A DNA stretch of 64,000 nt from an uncultured delta proteobacterium (lineage in GTDB: Bacteria; Desulfobacterota; Desulfuromonadia; Geobacterales; DSM-12255). The notes under the pieces are model-generated. The model was given only the letters and a program-made list of their open reading frames with translations. It was not told the DNA's origin and searched no databases. The position numbers were made by a program, and so were the translations under genes. Location of the stretch: positions 224,001-288,000 of the forward strand of contig CAWBBV010000012.1 in the NCBI GenBank assembly GCA_963787125.1, written 5' to 3'. Positions 30,245-38,946 of the stretch are shown piece after piece (the stretch's first letter is position 1; each line of letters begins with the position of its first letter).

Positions 30245-33037
30245 CGCCTTTTCCTTCCGCACCGGCTTTGCAGCCACGGCCAGCGGCGCAGTCAGCTGCT
30301 GATACCGCTCAAAGAGATAAGCCACCCGTTCGGCCTCGGTTTTAAAGATGGTTTTGCCATAGGCCGCATCAACGGCCCGGTCCAGGGTCTGATGAGCCTT
30401 TACCAGCTCCGGCGGCATGGTAAGTGGATCGTAAAGGTCGGCAAGAGTCGCTTGGGGGTGTTTGGCGCGGGCATCCAGCACCCTCTGCGCAGCGGCTTCA
30501 ATAGTCGCTCTCTGGGTGTCGGCGGCTGAAGGCCAGGGGAAGTTATTGTAGACGATACCGGCAGAGTATTGATAGTCACTTTTCATTCGTCCACAAACAG
30601 CACGCATCCAAGTCATATGCATGGTTGACTGAAGAACCCCAAAGTCATAAATCGTCGCATTGGGAACAACAAGTACTGACGGATTTATAATTATTTCAGG
30701 TGTCATAAACCCAAGAGGAACATAATATCTGTTTACTGAGGAAACCTTTGGAATCAACAAGTAAGGTGTAACTGGCTGACGATCCTCTCCAAAATCAGCT
30801 GGAAATCTCGCAAGTTCGCGTGTGGGCGCTTTGACGCTCTTAAGACGTTCTTCCTTGACCAACTCAACACGCTTCATAACATGTGGCATCATTCGTAATT
30901 CATGTGGAGCAACTCCTTTAAGCCATAAGCAGTAACGTTTCCCGCCATTAATGAATTCCTCTCCGCCGATAAACTCACGAATAAATGGTTTAGCAGCAGG
31001 TTCCGCAGCAATGAAACTATCAAGTTCTTCAGATTCAATTACAAAGTGTCCAAAGTCTACGGCTTTGCTACCGAATACAATTTCTGGAACTGGACATAGC
31101 GGGCGCATTCGCCTTTCAACCACCACATCAAGACCATCCACTAAATAGGGGTTGATATTTTTCGCTTTCATGGCATGCGGTTCGCTTTTAGGAGTATCGT
31201 AATCAAACAACCATTTCTCTGCCACATCCTGCAGTCCAAAACCAATAATAATACAATGCACCGCCGCCTTGCCCCTTGCTTCGCTGTTCCACTGGAAAGC
31301 GCGATGCGCAAAATGCAGCTTGACTCCACGACGAAACAGATCCGGCCAGAGAACGCCTACCTGCTCCCCTTGGGTGATGGAATTGGTGGAAACGAAGGCG
31401 GCACTAATGCTCCCTTCGACTCCGCTCAGGGAACAGACTGTTGGCTGAGCGGAGTCGAAGCCGGATTTTGCTTGTGCCATATACTCTGCCGCCTTGCGAT
31501 ACCAGCAACAGACATAGTCAAGAACTCCAACACCTTTTTGATCAGCAAACACGCGAAGCAAATCAGATTTCTGTTCGGCAGTTTGTTCTTTTTTCCCCAC
31601 AAACGGCGGATTACCCAACAGATACGAGAGCCGCCAAGGGCGGATCACCTCACCCCAATCAAGCCGCAAAGCATTGCCATGAACGATGTGCGGCGCTTTC
31701 TTCAGCGGCAGCCGGGCATAGTACATGCCGAACTCCTCCGACACCTTCAGATTCATCTGGTGGTCGGTGAGCCAGAGCGCAACTTCGGCGATGCGCGCCG
31801 GCCACTCTTCGATTTCGATGCCGTGGAACTGATCCACGTTGACACCGATGAGCTGGAACACGTCCAGCATCAGCTGGTCGTGCTGCCGTACCTGGCGCAA
31901 TACCTCCAGTTCCAGCAGGCGCAGCTCCCGGTAGGCAATGACCAGGAAGTTGCCGCAGCCGCAGGCCGGGTCGAAGAAAGTAAGTTGGGACAGCTTTTTC
32001 AGAAACTCGAACAGCTGGTTGCGGTTCCGCTTGATCTTGTGGAACTCAGCCCAGAGTTCGTCGAGAAAAAGCGGGTGAATCAGCTTGAGGATGTTGGTTT
32101 CGCTGGTGTAATGCGCCCCCAGGTTGCGCCGGGCCGTGGTATCCATGATGCTTTGGAAGAGCGAACCAAAAATGGCCGGGCTGATGCGGCTCCAGTCAAG
32201 GGCGCAGCAGTCCAGCAGGGTTTCGCGCATGGTCTTGTCGCAAGCGGTTATGGGGAGAACTTCGCTGAAGAGCTGACCGTTGACATAAGGGAACGTTGCC
32301 AGCTGCTCGTCCAGATTCTTGAGGCGCTTTTCCGGCGGCGTGTCAAGTATCTGGAAGAGCTGGGCCAGATGCATGCCTAAGTCCGAACCGTCTTCACTCG
32401 TGCGCTGTTCAAGGTAATCCTGAAAGAGGCGGCGCTCGAACAGGGCGGTATCTTCGGCAAAGAGGCAAAACAGGAGCCGCACCAGCATGACTTCCAGCGG
32501 GTGGCCGTCGTAGCCGGTAACTTTGAACTGGTCATGTAGTTTGCCAAGTTTGTCGGCAGCCTGCAAGTTAACCGGGTCCTGCTGGCCGAATGAGCGTGTC
32601 TGATAACCGGCGATAAAGCCGAACAACCGCACATGTTTGGCAAGTTCTGCCAGGGTGAAATCGTGCTGTTCGTTGTTGTCCAGATCATGGAGGCGAAAGC
32701 GGGCGAAGTCTGAAACCAATACATAGCGCGGTAAATCGCGCTCTTTGAGGCCGGGGAAGTAGTCAAACGCCTGGCGGGCGGCGCGGTCCAGATCCTTGCC
32801 GCGGGATTTGTGCTCGACCAGCAGCACCCCTTTCCAGAGAAGATCGATGAATCCGCCATGCCCGTCCCCCTTCTTGACCGGCGCTTCAAACGAAGCGACC
32901 CGGCGGCGGGTTATGCCGAAAACATTGAAAAAGCCGTCCCAGAAGCTCTTTGCCTCGGCATCTTCCGAGCTTTCAGTGGCCCATTCGCGGCTGAAGACCA
33001 TGGCACGATCACGTATTTCATTCCAGGAGATAGGCAT
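30242..33037 (-). CDS. MmeI-like type IIL restriction-modification enzyme (nuclease + N6-adenine MTase + TRD)
   Basis: FIDLLWKGVLLVEHKS nuclease, LGAHYTS, FDPACGCGNF (motif I), GNPPF (motif IV), STNSITQGEQ, VYNNFPWP and LADLYDP. Confidence 0.9.
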   Translation of the reverse strand: MPISWNEIRDRAMVFSREWATESSEDAEAKSFWDGFFNVFGITRRRVASFEAPVKKGDGHGGFIDLLWKGVLLVEHKSRGKDLDRAARQAFDYFPGLKERDLPRYVLVSDFARFRLHDLDNNEQHDFTLAELAKHVRLFGFIAGYQTRSFGQQDPVNLQAADKLGKLHDQFKVTGYDGHPLEVMLVRLLFCLFAEDTALFERRLFQDYLEQRTSEDGSDLGMHLAQLFQILDTPPEKRLKNLDEQLATFPYVNGQLFSEVLPITACDKTMRETLLDCCALDWSRISPAIFGSLFQSIMDTTARRNLGAHYTSETNILKLIHPLFLDELWAEFHKIKRNRNQLFEFLKKLSQLTFFDPACGCGNFLVIAYRELRLLELEVLRQVRQHDQLMLDVFQLIGVNVDQFHGIEIEEWPARIAEVALWLTDHQMNLKVSEEFGMYYARLPLKKAPHIVHGNALRLDWGEVIRPWRLSYLLGNPPFVGKKEQTAEQKSDLLRVFADQKGVGVLDYVCCWYRKAAEYMAQAKSGFDSAQPTVCSLSGVEGSISAAFVSTNSITQGEQVGVLWPDLFRRGVKLHFAHRAFQWNSEARGKAAVHCIIIGFGLQDVAEKWLFDYDTPKSEPHAMKAKNINPYLVDGLDVVVERRMRPLCPVPEIVFGSKAVDFGHFVIESEELDSFIAAEPAAKPFIREFIGGEEFINGGKRYCLWLKGVAPHELRMMPHVMKRVELVKEERLKSVKAPTRELARFPADFGEDRQPVTPYLLIPKVSSVNRYYVPLGFMTPEIIINPSVLVVPNATIYDFGVLQSTMHMTWMRAVCGRMKSDYQYSAGIVYNNFPWPSAADTQRATIEAAAQRVLDARAKHPQATLADLYDPLTMPPELVKAHQTLDRAVDAAYGKTIFKTEAERVAYLFERYQQLTAPLAVAAKPVRKEKA
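31414..31460. repeat. REP-like 16-bp inverted repeat inside the MmeI-like CDS
   Basis: CTTCGACTCCGCTCAG (31414-31429) / CTGAGCGGAGTCGAAG (31445-31460), a perfect inverted repeat. Confidence 0.85.
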
Positions 33038-33106
33038 TGTTTATCCTTTTATGTTCGGGCTAACCGCATTAATACTTTTAATACTGCCAGAATGATTAAC
33101 AAATCC

Positions 33107-33130
33107 AAAAGTTCTGCGCGCCGAACTTTT
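33107..33130. terminator. Possible terminator hairpin downstream of the ParB gene
   Basis: AAAAGTTC-TGCGCGCC-GAACTTTT 8-bp inverted repeat. The stem is weak. Confidence 0.35.
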
Positions 33131-33210
33131 ACTACTTGGCTGATATCATTACAAATATTTTCAAATATTTCTGACATTTCAGCACATATTCTCATAAGGA
33201 CGCAATCTAC

Positions 33211-33975
33211 TTACCCTTTAACCAGTTTCAATTGCTGGTAGGCAAGACTGCGCAGCTTGGTCAGTTCCGGCACAAAGGCCGCTTTAACTTCAGGTGCCGC
33301 CGTCCCCAATGCCGCCAGATCAAGCCGTTCGCAGAATGCGGCAACTTCTTCCGGCGACAAGGGTGTCTTCGGTGCTTTCGGTTTGGCTGGTTTCGGAATG
33401 ATTTCACCCCGAGTCAAGCCGCTTTCCTTATATTTCTGGTAGAGAGCAATCATCTTTTCCGGAGTTTTCTGTCTGGCAATGACCGCCAAAATTCTCCTGG
33501 CTGATTTGGGATCGTTGCGGCAATCGTCTTTCACTGCGGCTGGCAGTCGATTGAGAGAAAGAATTTCCGAGATGGACGGTTCTGATTTGCCGAGGATGGC
33601 AGCCACTTCCACTTGACCATAATCATGCACCGACCGCAGCCGCTCAATCGCCTCAGCCTCTTCAATGGCCGTCAAGTTCTCCCGCAGCAGATTCTCGATA
33701 ATGGAAATTTCCGCCGGTTCTCCGTCGGTAAGGATAGCCGGGACGTTTTCCAGCCCGGCATTGCGGGCAGCCTGATAACGCCGTTCGCCGGAGACTATGA
33801 TGAACTTGCCACCCTCCCCTTCCCGCACCAGAATCGGCTGCAGTATCCCGTGGCTGGCGATGGACGCTTGCAATTCACCCAGCGCCTGCTCATCAAAGAA
33901 TTTGCGAGGCTGATCGGGATCGGGAATCAACTTGGCGATGCTCAATTGGTACAGTTTCCCCTTTTCATAGGTCAT
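33211..33975 (-). CDS. ParB/RepB/Spo0J family protein (orphan, no adjacent parA)
   Basis: QPRKFFD, GILQPILVR, GERRYQA (CTP-binding), ENLLRENL, and an HTH. Confidence 0.9.
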   Translation of the reverse strand: MTYEKGKLYQLSIAKLIPDPDQPRKFFDEQALGELQASIASHGILQPILVREGEGGKFIIVSGERRYQAARNAGLENVPAILTDGEPAEISIIENLLRENLTAIEEAEAIERLRSVHDYGQVEVAAILGKSEPSISEILSLNRLPAAVKDDCRNDPKSARRILAVIARQKTPEKMIALYQKYKESGLTRGEIIPKPAKPKAPKTPLSPEEVAAFCERLDLAALGTAAPEVKAAFVPELTKLRSLAYQQLKLVKG

Positions 33976-34108
33976 ATCCGGCTCCTTGGAATTAGCTAAA
34001 AAATTGTTGGCTTAGATTAATCGACATTCTTGCCGGTGTATAGTGTAAATGCACCGCTGGATGGTATAATCAAAGCGGCTGTTACGTTTGCAGGAAAGGT
34101 GATAATCG

Positions 34109-35098
34109 ATGGTTGTCCGCTTCATTTCACATGTCAATCTGGAGATTATGCTGGAGCGGTTGCGGCAGTACGGAGAGCTGCATGGTCCTGTGCGTGGCGA
34201 AGACGGCGTTGTTCGTTTTGCTCCTTTGACAAAAGGGACAATTCCCGATCTTGCCGCTGTCCGAACCCGTCTGCCGCCAAAAAAATATCTCCTACACCCC
34301 CAGGAAACCATCCTGAAGTACACGGCTAATGCAGGCTATCAGCTGCCCTGTGTGGAGACCAGGCCGATCATTCTGTTCGGCGTTCATCCTTGTGATCTGG
34401 CGGGAATCAACTATCTTGATCAGCTTTATCTCGGTAGTGATCCTGATCCTGCCTACGCCAGACGGCGCGTTGCCCTGACTTTGATCGGCACTTCCTGCGA
34501 GTCTGATCACTTTTGCTCCTGCCAGACCAGCCCCTCTCCACTGGTAGCAACTTCAGATCTGTTTCTTGTTATGCTGCAGGACGGTTTCGCCGTTACCAGC
34601 GCTTCTCTGCGTGGAGAAGTTCTTCTGGAGGGGATGGCCGGGATTATTGTGGAGCGTGATCTCGACATCCCGGAAGATAACCGCCGTTTTTTTGGTCTCA
34701 ATGCTGCTGAACAGACAAATCCTGAGTTTAACCCGGACGCCGGTGAGTGGCAGGAGCTTGCCGCCCACTGCCTTGGCTGTGGCGCCTGTTCTGTCTCCTG
34801 TCCGACCTGCGCCTGCTTCGATGTTCTGGAGTCAGGAGGACTTGACGGCTGCTCCGCAGAGAGGATCAGGCGCTGGGACAACTGCCTGTTCAGTAGCCAT
34901 GCTCAAGTTGCCGGAGGCATGAGTTTCTGCAAAGACCTGTCTGAGCGGTTCCGCTACCGCTACCGGCATAAATTTATTGGTTTCGGGGCACTCCGGGGTA
35001 TTCCAGGTTGCGTCGGCTGCGGCCGCTGCCTGGAGCAGTGTCCATCCGGAATCGACCTGCGATATTTGGCAGAGCAGCAGAAAAGGGGGATGTCATGA
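34109..35098 (+). CDS. Sulfhydrogenase beta-like 4Fe-4S subunit (group 3b hydrogenase)
   Basis: GVHPCD, CLGCGACSVSCPTC and CVGCGRCLEQCP motifs. Confidence 0.88.
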   Translation: MVVRFISHVNLEIMLERLRQYGELHGPVRGEDGVVRFAPLTKGTIPDLAAVRTRLPPKKYLLHPQETILKYTANAGYQLPCVETRPIILFGVHPCDLAGINYLDQLYLGSDPDPAYARRRVALTLIGTSCESDHFCSCQTSPSPLVATSDLFLVMLQDGFAVTSASLRGEVLLEGMAGIIVERDLDIPEDNRRFFGLNAAEQTNPEFNPDAGEWQELAAHCLGCGACSVSCPTCACFDVLESGGLDGCSAERIRRWDNCLFSSHAQVAGGMSFCKDLSERFRYRYRHKFIGFGALRGIPGCVGCGRCLEQCPSGIDLRYLAEQQKRGMS

Positions 35099-35931
35099 AG
35101 AGTGTCTTCCCGCTTGCGGCAATCATCGCGGCATCGAGGCCACTTAATCCGGATACATCTCTGTTTACGCTCCGGATGGATGGGTGCCACCCTGTCGCAG
35201 CAGAATTTCTTCCCGGTCAGTTTCTGGAGCTGTCACTGCCCGGAGTCGGTGAGATCCCGGTTTCATATTGTGGTTCGCCCTCCATAGATGGCAGCATCGA
35301 GCTTTGCATCCGCCATGTCGGCCATGTTACCAAGCCACTGCAAACTGCGGTTGCCGGTGATGTTGTCGGCGTGCGTGGTCCCTTGGGTAAAGGATTCCCC
35401 CTTGGCGCCTACACCGGCATGGATCTGCTCCTGATCGCCGGCGGTCTGGGGATGGCGCCGCTACGGTCACTACTGCAAGCTCTTTTGAAACGGCGTGAAA
35501 CATACGGCAGTTTGACTCTCCTCTACGGCTGCCGTGATCCTGAAGCAATGCTCTTTCCGGACGAGCTGCTGGAGCTGGAAAAGCGCGGGGATATCGACGT
35601 TAAAGTGGCAGTTGATCACCGTGACCACTGCCTTAATGGCCCATCCGGTTGCCGGGTTGCGCTGCTGCCTGAGCTGTTGGCTGATCTGGTAATAGCTCCA
35701 AAGAGGACCTTCGCAGCGATCTGTGGACCGCCGGCAGTCTATCCGCTGCTGCTAGCGGGCTTGAATCGTTTAGGGCTGGAACCTGACAGGATTCATCTCT
35801 CGCTTGAGCGGCGGATGAAGTGTGGAGTCGGCCGCTGTGGTCACTGTGCCGTCGGGCAGCTGCTCTGCTGTGTCGATGGTCCGGTCTTCAGTGCTGCCGA
35901 ACTTGAAGATATAGAGGGGGCTCTGACTTGA
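35095..35931 (+). CDS. Sulfhydrogenase gamma-like FAD/NAD(P)-binding subunit
   Basis: ATGA overlap start. RGPLGKGF, AGGLGMAP, CGPP and MKCGVGRCGHC motifs. Confidence 0.9.
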   Translation: MKSVFPLAAIIAASRPLNPDTSLFTLRMDGCHPVAAEFLPGQFLELSLPGVGEIPVSYCGSPSIDGSIELCIRHVGHVTKPLQTAVAGDVVGVRGPLGKGFPLGAYTGMDLLLIAGGLGMAPLRSLLQALLKRRETYGSLTLLYGCRDPEAMLFPDELLELEKRGDIDVKVAVDHRDHCLNGPSGCRVALLPELLADLVIAPKRTFAAICGPPAVYPLLLAGLNRLGLEPDRIHLSLERRMKCGVGRCGHCAVGQLLCCVDGPVFSAAELEDIEGALT

Positions 35932-36674
35932 AAAAAAAACGGCTTGCCATCGCAGGATTGACCTCCTGTTCCGGGTGTCAGCTGGCTTTGCTGAATTGTG
36001 AAGACGAGCTCCCGGAAATATTAGCTCAGTTTGACTGTCACTTCTTCCCTATGGCCTCTTCACCGGCGCTGTTGACCGGTGAATATGACGCAGCCCTGGT
36101 AGAGGGCTGTCTGTCGATGCCTCATGAAAATGAGCTGCTTGTGGAGCTGCGCAAGGTGAGCAGGTATCTGATTGCGCTGGGAACGTGTGCGGTCAGCGGC
36201 GGAGTTGCAGCTCTTCGCAATGGTGAGGAGCGCGAACTTCTCCGCCAACAGGTATATGGACAGAATCCGGTTGCCGGTGAAACTTTTTCACCCATGCCGT
36301 TGCAGCGGCTGGTCCGGGTGGATGCGGCTGTCAGCGGCTGCCCGCCGGAGAAGGAGGAGTTGCTCAAGCTGTTGGCAGGGCTGCTGCGCGGTGCACTGCC
36401 GGTTGCGATAGATTATCCGGTCTGCATGGAATGCCGGATGAGGGAGAACCTCTGCCTGTTGACAGAGCGTGACTCACTCTGCCTCGGTCCTTTAACTCTT
36501 GGCGGCTGCAACGCGCGCTGTCCGAGCCTGTCCGTTCCTTGTGAAGGTTGCCGGGGGCCGTTTCTGGAGGCTAATCCAGCCGAAGCATTTGCACAGTACG
36601 CAAAGAAAGGTTTCGACCGCAGAACTGTTATCGGGCGATTACACCGCTTTTCTCCGGAGTGGAAAGATGAGTAG
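35928..36674 (+). CDS. [NiFe]-hydrogenase small (delta) subunit
   Basis: SCSGCQ, GTCA, GCPP and VCMEC...CLGP...C...CEGCRGP motifs. Confidence 0.9.
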   Translation: MKKKRLAIAGLTSCSGCQLALLNCEDELPEILAQFDCHFFPMASSPALLTGEYDAALVEGCLSMPHENELLVELRKVSRYLIALGTCAVSGGVAALRNGEERELLRQQVYGQNPVAGETFSPMPLQRLVRVDAAVSGCPPEKEELLKLLAGLLRGALPVAIDYPVCMECRMRENLCLLTERDSLCLGPLTLGGCNARCPSLSVPCEGCRGPFLEANPAEAFAQYAKKGFDRRTVIGRLHRFSPEWKDE

Positions 36675-37902
36675 CGTCATCAGGATCGATCAATTGACCA
36701 GGGTGGAGGGGCATGGTTCAGTGGAGCTGGTCCGTTCCGGGAAGCGGGTGGTGGCGGCCAGGCTGAAGCTGCACGAATCGCCCAGGCTGTTTGAAGCTCT
36801 CCTGATCGGGAGACGTTTTGATGAAATTGGCGACATTGCCTGCCGCATCTGCTCAATCTGCTCCACCGTTCACAAAGTAGCGGCACTGCAGGCGGTTGAG
36901 GAGGCTATGGGACTTGTCATAACTGAGCAGACCAGGTTGCTGCGGGAGTTGGCGGTACAGGGTGGGCAGATAGAAAGTCATGCCCTGTACATTTTCTGTC
37001 TGGCACTGCCTGATTATCTTGGGGTGAGCGGTATTCAGGAACTCGCACAAAAGGAACCGGAAAAACTGCAGAGAGGATTAAAGATTAAAAAAACCGGCAA
37101 TCTGATTCAGGAGATTGTCGGCGGTCGTGCCATTCACCCGTTCAATCTCCTGATTGGAGGAATCGGCCGAGTACCAGAGGCGGAGCAGTTGCAGGAGCTG
37201 GGAAGGCAACTGGCGGCGCTGCGTGAAGATGTGACAATATCCATTGCCGAAGTATTCGGCTTTAAGGATATTCTCCCTACACTGACACCAGCAGCTTCCT
37301 GTTGCGTTACCGGCGGCTCGCCCCTCTTTGGCGACCGTCTGCTAACCTCGACCGGGGAGACTGTTTCCGCTCAGGGCGCCGCGGTCTGGCTGAATGAAAG
37401 GGTTGAACTTCACAGCCACGCAAAAATCAGTCATTTTGGCGGAGGCAGACCGTTCACAGTCGGGCCATTGGCACGGATCATGGCATCTATGCCGGCTGAA
37501 TACGGACCAGCTTTCGCAGATGCTACCATCAGCTTTTCGCTCAGGGCGAGAGTTATTGAGCTGGAACTGGCTTTGGAGCGGGCAACGATCCTGATTGAAT
37601 TACTGCTTGCAGAAGGGCTCGGGAAAGAAGCGCCGGTGATGGCAGTTGCTACAAAGGGTGAAGGGACAGCTCTGCTGGAAGCACCGCGAGGGGTACTCCT
37701 CCATAACTACCGTTTCGACGAGTGCGGCATCTGTATTGCTGCGAATATCATAACGCCAACGGCAATCAATCAAGGCGCGATTGTTGCCTCATTGGACGAA
37801 CTGGTAGCCGTTATGGATGGCGCAGAATACAAGCAGGTCAAGTTCGCTGCTGAAATTCTGATTCGCTGCTATGACCCCTGTTTATCCTGTGCTGTCCATT
37901 AA
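36667..37902 (+). CDS. [NiFe]-hydrogenase large (alpha) subunit, group 3b-like
   Basis: TRVEGHG, L1 motif RICSIC, EAPRG, L2 motif DPCLSCAVH then stop. Confidence 0.92.
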   Translation: MSSVIRIDQLTRVEGHGSVELVRSGKRVVAARLKLHESPRLFEALLIGRRFDEIGDIACRICSICSTVHKVAALQAVEEAMGLVITEQTRLLRELAVQGGQIESHALYIFCLALPDYLGVSGIQELAQKEPEKLQRGLKIKKTGNLIQEIVGGRAIHPFNLLIGGIGRVPEAEQLQELGRQLAALREDVTISIAEVFGFKDILPTLTPAASCCVTGGSPLFGDRLLTSTGETVSAQGAAVWLNERVELHSHAKISHFGGGRPFTVGPLARIMASMPAEYGPAFADATISFSLRARVIELELALERATILIELLLAEGLGKEAPVMAVATKGEGTALLEAPRGVLLHNYRFDECGICIAANIITPTAINQGAIVASLDELVAVMDGAEYKQVKFAAEILIRCYDPCLSCAVH

Positions 37903-37966
37903 CAGCTTCGAAGACAACAGAGGCTAACAATCTGATCGTAGCGTAAATTGATTACATGCCACGACA

Positions 37967-38940
37967 TCAGTTCCAACTGTCAGAACCGTAGGGTAAAGGA
38001 CTGTTCCGGTCAGCAATCCATGTGGCAATGTCAGCCAGGGGCTTATCACCCTGCAAATCTCTGAGGAGCATATGATAACCGTGCTCATAGAAGGCCTTGC
38101 GAGTCGTCTTTTGCATCTTGTTGAGCATCAGTAAAGTCGGTTCCCTGGGAATAATCTGATCATTCTTACCGTATTGAACCAGGGTGGGTAACTTCAGTTT
38201 TTCTGCCCCGGATAAAGCTTCATCCATTAAATTGGTAAGTCCGTATAGCGTGTCAATGCGGGTAGACTTAATAACCTGCGGATCACGACTCAAAGCCCGG
38301 CGCATCTCAAGATTGTCGGATGGTTTGATATTCAAACCTTTCCCGGTCACCTCCATCCACGGTAAAGTGTGAGAACCGACGGCCAACAGCCATCTTTGAT
38401 ACCAAGGCATCGTTTCACGCCCCCATACTGCCGGAGCAACCAGTATGACGCCGTTAATATCCGGTGGATTTCTGCTGGTCGCGGCAACCATGGTCACAGA
38501 TCCCCCATACTCTCCCCAAGGACGTACAGCGGAACCTGTGGGTAGCGCTTGCGAATCTCTTTCACAAAACTGGTAAGGTCGTTCGTGTAAGCATCGATAC
38601 CTGCCCAGATCCCACGGCCCGGAGAGCTGCCAAAACCCCGCTGGTCATACGCGTAGCAGGCAATACCATAACGGCTCAGATAGTTGCCGGTAGAAGTGAA
38701 GCAGTTGCTGTAATCGTTAAAACCATGCAGAGCGATTATGACTGCTTTGACCTGATTGTTCTCTGGTAGCCAGGATCGTAGCGGCAACACCGTTCCGTCA
38801 TCGGCCACAAAATGTGTTTTTTCAAGTTTAGGCTGAGCAATCCGCTTGCCGGGATGATTTATCAGTGGCGAACATGCGGAAATGAGCATCAACATTGCTG
38901 CTGCCAGCCAGAGTAGAAATCGTGGTTTAATACCCGTCAT
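37967..38940 (-). pseudogene. Lysophospholipase-like alpha/beta hydrolase lipoprotein, frameshifted at the nucleophile motif
   Basis: Two ORFs join if one G is added in the G5 run (38502-38506), restoring GESMGGSVTMVA. Lipobox ISAC, LHGFND, YDQRGFG and YHMLLRD motifs. Confidence 0.8.
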
Positions 38941-38946
38941 AACCGC

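Noticed and set aside
31175..32380. 401-aa plus-strand ORF (also 25912-26784, 39865-40626, 62823-63584, and 5232-5969 on the minus strand)
   Set aside because: Antisense shadows of well-supported genes, with no motifs.
33040..34140. parS site near the orphan ParB
   Set aside because: No convincing TGTTTCACGTGAAACA-like palindrome was seen.
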